From Sphaeroforma arctica JP610 (Eukaryota), in the NCBI RefSeq assembly GCF_001186125.1, contig NW_014040262.1:14567-70473 (forward strand): a stretch of DNA of 55,907 bases, written 5' to 3'. Under the pieces are notes generated by a model that was not told where the DNA came from, did no database searches, and saw only the letters and a list, made by a program, of their open reading frames with translations. Each line of letters starts with the position of its first letter. Within the stretch, counting starts at the first letter, position 1. This document shows, in pieces, positions 50,111 through 55,907 of this stretch. Both the position numbers and the translations under genes were made by a program.

Positions 50111-52754
50111 ATGCAATAACTATGGACATCAAGAGTATTTTTTTTTCTATTTTTTTTCTAAAGATAGGATTTTATGAGTTTCTCGGATTCGCCCCAATGA
50201 AACATACCATAGTTTCTAATAGAGCGACAACGAAACACTAAATAAAATCCCTTCGGCGGAAACAGTACTGAGAGGATTATATATAGGCAATGTATCAGCC
50301 TCACAATCCCTCAGAGTATTGCTGTTTTCACGAGGCATACCTAACTTACTAAAAGACTCATTTCGTTTATTTACTTCGAATTTGATTATACTTAGACTTA
50401 ACCTAAGCGGTTAATTACTCTAAGGCGTTAATATCGCCTTGATAGACCGAATATTACACTGGGATGTGCATTTTTACTTCCACTTCTTGATAATCTTCGA
50501 GATCCCCAACACGTTAGCGGGTGCTACGTATCTACCCCTACGCCGTTCTATCCATGAAGTATCGGACATTCTAATAGACATGAAATGAATATTCTCTGTA
50601 TATATATTGTTTTACAGTATTCGTTCAACAGATGAATGTGAGAGTGCTAGACTAAAGTATGGATAGACTTGTTAGATGAACAAAGTAGACTTTCCGCGAG
50701 GATCACCAACTATGTCTTTCCTGTTCATTGTCTACATTCACCCACTCGCTCAGCGATTAGAGAATATATATTAAAAACACTTCTCTCTTTCTCGCTGACA
50801 ACATTTGAGTACGCCACCACGACACAAGCACATTCCGAATACTCCAAAATTGCTGTAAAGGATGGGCTTGTAAAATTCAACAAAAGCGAGTGTGGATTTG
50901 TTCCTGGATCTCACGACGAGCTTTCACAGTGGACACATATAGATTGGGATTCTTGAAGGACTTCTATTTGGCTCTTTCTTGAAAACAGTAGCCGGCACGC
51001 TTACCAAAGCTGCACAAATGGCCTGTCTCATTACCTTTCATGCGGACCCCCAGCTACACCCCAGTTACACAAAATTGATGCTCTGCGCAATCCAAGATCG
51101 TATATAGTTTATATATCATCATAGTTCTCGTCACCTCAAAGCTTTCAGATATCCACAACATCATCTATTTGATGTAATAATGCTAAACTAAGTGAATCTA
51201 AAATGTGCAGCCATTGTCTGTATTAGAAAAACTGCCCCACCAGCCAATAAAACATCCAATTGATGAATTCTAATCGCATTCACTGGGTTTCTATTGGCTG
51301 ATTAACATTCTCTAAAATCGCTGGTTCTTGATCTCAATCATCTGGCATCGGGTGAGTGTTTTCGTGCCGTGCCTCGCTTATCATGGCCTCACCCATCAAA
51401 TCCATTTCTAAACGGCAATCAAGGCCAACGAATTTAAACCACAGAAACACAGTAGGTCACAAACAGGTCGAGCGCACAAAAAAAAGGGGGGGGGTTTACA
51501 TCTCCCTATATTCAGGTTTATCATTATCCAGCTCCTTTGGAACTTACAGGGTCATACAGACCTTCTGGTTTACTATGGCTTTCGATGGTGCTGAAGTACA
51601 TTGTGGGCAAATATGCTCGAAAAATTTAGACTCGACAGTTACAACTTTTCACTCCAACTTCTTAAATGACATGGCTGGCAAATAATGATGCGTGAATTCA
51701 GCTAGCAGTGATTCACTCCCATCTCAAATACTTCCTGGCATCTCAAAATGGACAACTTTTCAACTCCACTACGTCGAGGGCAAATATCACTGTACTCGCA
51801 CCTTTACTCTCCATCCTAGAACTTTTATACATCACCAGGGTATTTCACCCACACTCCCTCTAACCTACCCAACTCTTTACTCCAACACCCCTGCACAATA
51901 TGACCCACTTTGATGCTGTCTGGATCCCAAATGGCAGAATACGGTCCACAACTGGACTCTTAACTCCTCCAATTCACCGTCGTTGGTTTTATTGTAACGC
52001 CTCCACAGTACCAGCATCCCAACGCCATACTTATAACAATCCTACCCAATAAAATCTTTTCGCCGTTCACTCATAGTCGGCCGTTCAAATCTGCTACTGG
52101 AACACTCTACCTTATTGCTTTGGTTCCCAGCTGCCCCCATTCATGATTCACTACGAAATGGCGATCCCTCGACCCTTTATTCATCGAGATCACAAACTTT
52201 AGTCTTTTCGAATCACTACTCAGCCGGTAGTATGGTCAGATACGACCACAATCAAACCTGAAAATCAAAACGTACAATATTACTCACTCTCGTTAGTTGT
52301 CCTGTATACATTATATGATACTATGAATTACTGATCGATCCTCACTGTGGACGTATTAAATTCCAATTCACCCTAGAACCCAACTTTTTCGTGTTTTCCT
52401 ATGTCGAAACTACCTACTCTCGTGTTCATTTCTGCCAGCCAAATGTCGCATCTCATGAATAGTACCATCGTCTATCTTCAACATGAAATGACAATTGCAT
52501 ATGGTTTACAACTGTTATAGTGACGGTTGTGTAACGATAGAAGCGGGATTATTCACGAGCAGTTGACAATACATCTTTATACTGTCATGAATATAAATGG
52601 CCGTTTTTTCTCTTAATATATTGTAAGATCAGTCGAATTGTATATAGACACATTGGGTGGCAGATGCGACATATATTATCATTAGCTTTATTGAAGACCC
52701 CACCGCATCCATACAACGGCAGAATCACCTGTATACAATACAGAACCCAACCCT

Positions 52755-55700
52755 CTATTTGCACAGAGCGAGCATGATCTTTTCAAAATCGCCCCCGATC
52801 TCGCCTTTAATATCCTTTGCCAAATCCGTCTTGTACGCCTGTTTATAGCTGAGCTTAATGTCCTCCATATCGACCTCTGCGCGCGTGACCATGACACGGA
52901 TCAGTGTGGGCTCGGTGGTCCCTATGCCGTCCATTGACTTGTGCAGAACACTGGCGAAGAAGTACGGTCCATTCACGCCAAAGCGCACAATCGACTTCAG
53001 CAGCCTGTGGCAGAACAATACCGTATTTATAATTATGAGTGTTCTGTCTATATGGGTACATTTAGATGTACTTCAGCTATTTTCTATCTACAGTGTACTC
53101 ATTGACCATTCTACCTAGTCTAGCTTTACGGATGTAGAATCAAAATTGGTCTGTTTGTGAGAACTAAGCGCACTTCTTAGGCTCATCATCTAACCAGGCC
53201 ATTCATACATATAGTGACAGGCTGATTCTATTCGACAACCAAATTATGCAAAGCGAATAGGTTGCTATCACAAACAGCACAACACATTCAACTGAAGTCG
53301 TATCAAATAAACATACTTTCGGATATCACCGCTGAACTCGCGATCAATGCTGGCCTCCAGTGTGTACTTGGGACATAGTTTGAGGTATTCTTGCGCAATC
53401 AGAGTGATTTGCAGGGGACTCGCAAAGCACAAAACGTTGATGAACGTCTGCTCATCTGTGCCCGTTTTACCCTCTCCCGCCTTGAACAAGCGAGTAGCCT
53501 CGGCTAAGGCCGTTTGCTGGTCTGTGCGTATAGCATAAGCGATGGTTTAAGCATGGTGGCATCATACGATGGGTTGCCTAGCTGTCACTGTCAAAATGTA
53601 TTTCTACAAGAAATCAAGTACAACATAGAGCAGCATCAACCAATGGCATCTAGGAGACGAGTTGGCAGTTATCACTGTTAAAGTGCTTTGGATATGAATC
53701 AGAAGTTAAAAAAAAATGTGTTTTTCGTTGCTAGACATGATTTTTGTGTTGTATGCCGTATGAGTTCCGTAGGAAATGAACACATATGACTATCAATAGA
53801 TGGCATCTCAGAAGCAGCCGTTTCGTGATGAAAATTGTGTGTCGGGAACGAAGGAAATGCACGAGCATGTTCATCCTACGTCGAGGCTGCTATCAGGAGG
53901 AACAACGTTCGCCTGCTACTTCAGAGCGACTAATATCACTGACAACCGTTGTAGTACTTCCAAGGTCCACCCGACCGCTGACATGATAGTGCGTGATACA
54001 ACTGACTGTCTTTACGTCTTTACTTTAATCACACAGGTACGGATGAGATGCAAGGTGAACACTAAACTCACAAAAGGAAATCAGACATTGATACACAGGA
54101 ACGCAAACGATAAACACGTGATCGTGGTTACCATAAGGGTTTTAGGGTTTTATAAAACCCTAAGCGACCTGAAAGCACATGCAATGTATACATCAACAAA
54201 CGAAATCATGCCCGCATAAAAAGTATGAACATGACTTTTATGTGCGGCAAACGAACGGCACAGGGCTGCGAATTCTTGTACGATCGCACAACACAAACCA
54301 GACGATTATTGATCTATACCCATTTGAACACAACTCCGCACTCACACACATACACACACCTGCCGGTTTCGCGAAGGTGTGCTTGCGTTGATTTGTGTCC
54401 AGCAAAGCAACACACGCTTTCTCGAAGTGTCCAGAGGTGTCCTTTTTTATTTCCGAGTCCAAATTCTTCTTGTGCACTATATATACAAATACATGAAAGG
54501 TGTGAATTTTGTATAGTGCAAAATCTTCATACTGACCCTGCAATATGCAATATAAGCAGCTTGTGCATTTATAGAAGTGCTGGCAGTGTACGTGGAAGCT
54601 GCCAAACAGACTATAGAAGTTGAGGTTTTCCTAAACCCTAAACCCTAAAAGCATAGATTCTTTTCGAAGTTTTGTTCAGCACCTATCAGCCGCGATACAT
54701 GCCTCGATGCAGTATGTGGATTGGAATGTTCATTGTGACGTGTGGGCGGTGTGCGCTAGTATACTGTCAAACGTGATGAGTAGACATTGCACAAGGGTTT
54801 ACTGCCATCTGTGCAAGTTTGATAACATGTACGAATACGCCTGCTTGCTACAGGTGCCCCAGCTTATTATTCTCTAGTATTCTGCTGCGCTGTTGGCATA
54901 TGTACAGGGGATGCGAGCGTGTTGGTAATAGTCGAGAACAAGAGTAGATGGCTAATCTATCAACTAGACCGAGGCCAACATCCGGATACAATAGCTAGGC
55001 ATCCAAAAGAAAGAACTCGTACAAATGACAATGAGCACACCTCTTAGGTATTCGGCTTTGATCTTCTCCAGTTCAACTGGGCTGCGAGTGGCTAAGATTT
55101 CAATAATGTCCTCTTCTGCGGTACCCGCCCCCTGCATTGCATTTCGATATACACAATAGAATACAGTCATTGATGTGTCGTTCATGCCACTGACTAGTAC
55201 AGATAGTAGGTCGCTCGCAATCCTAACAAATGGTTTTGATCGTTTGAACTTCTCACGAAGAATGAGCTGACAGTATAGCTGAGCTACAGGGTAACCAGAG
55301 AAAGAGATATATACATACAATATTCTTTTTCAAATTCAAATGTACATATATCACTTGCGTCGTACGTATGCTTTGTGCCATATAAACATCGTGTGCTTGA
55401 CTCTTACACATACATCGATTGCTTTGTAGAGTGTTTTTGCATCGTATCCAGCCGGTGTCATCATCATGGCCTTGAGTGTCTCCCAAAACCCGCCGGAAGT
55501 TTCCGACCGCAAGTCCTTCTCAAGATTGCGCCCCACAACATTAGTGGCATATGTGGCCTTGATCTGCTGGCGTTGTGCGTTGGTGCGATTACATAGCACG
55601 TGGATAAGGGCCTTCTCGTCCGTACCTGGAAACAAAAGTACACATGAATAGGGATATAATACTTCGTGATTATAATGAGACGCACAGATGCTACTGACTA

Positions 55701-55879
55701 GGACAGAATAGCACCACTGCACAACTATTGGTGCACTTTCGATTGTGTGCTCAAATGGACAGAATGGGTACACCCCGGTAGAACAGGATAAACCTTGCAT
55801 CGCAGCCGTAAAATCAGATACAAAATATCCACAAATAGAAACTACACGGTCAGTGCTACCAAGACCCACAATTGAAGCC
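52755..55879 (-). CDS. Annexin (four annexin repeats), 5' end outside the window; exons 55860-55879 (tentative), 55414-55625, 55041-55131, 54360-54476, 53317-53521, 52755-53004
   Basis: GTDEKALIHVLCNRTNAQRQQIK..LRSETSGGF; GAGTAEEDIIEILATRS..IKKDTSGHFEK; AGEGKTGTDEQTFINVL..IDREFSGDI; SMDGIGTTEPTLIRVMVTRAEVDMEDIK..IKGEIGGDFEKIMLALC. All junctions are GT-AG and phase-compatible. Confidence 0.96.
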
Positions 55880-55907
55880 CTACTAGTGATTATGTAATAC
55901 GTATATA

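Larger units (their letters stand above)
48125..52330 (+). mobile_element. Decayed APE-type non-LTR retrotransposon (ORF1 relic, APE, RT, C-terminal region), interrupted by a Penelope-like fragment
   Basis: APE N-terminus HVLTQNFRGLNEH..YNFIIIAECW (48834-48935) and DRGRVLILSK (~49235). RT relics AVNYSKA (~50407), GCYVSTPTPF (~50520) and GLVKFNKSEC (~50865). Boundaries approximate. Confidence 0.65.

Overview
Intron-rich eukaryotic genomic DNA with GTATGT/GTAAGT donors, (C)TGAC/CTAAC branch points and TA/TATG microsatellites. The style is compatible with a unicellular opisthokont, but the host cannot be proven from sequence alone. There are three host genes: a ~1440-aa Gln-rich protein with one small Cys/His-rich folded island (3206-8933, +), a ~24-kb multi-exon Sen1/senataxin helicase (33844-9942, -), and an annexin (5'-truncated by the window, ends 52755, -). 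Between SEN1 and the annexin lies a ~18-kb nest of retroelements. The most notable is a decayed Ty3/Gypsy-type element (ORF1, aspartic protease, RT, RNase H, DDE integrase, probable chromodomain) that carries a DIRS-type amino-(N6-adenine) DNA methyltransferase domain between RNase H and integrase. That domain is split by a ~3.7-kb degenerate Penelope-like element, which itself holds a cluster of GNA-triloop mini-hairpins and an 874-N gap. Two further Penelope-like fragments (one with a degenerate hammerhead ribozyme) and two oppositely oriented APE-type LINE remnants follow. All domain calls are from motif recognition by eye; no database search was run.
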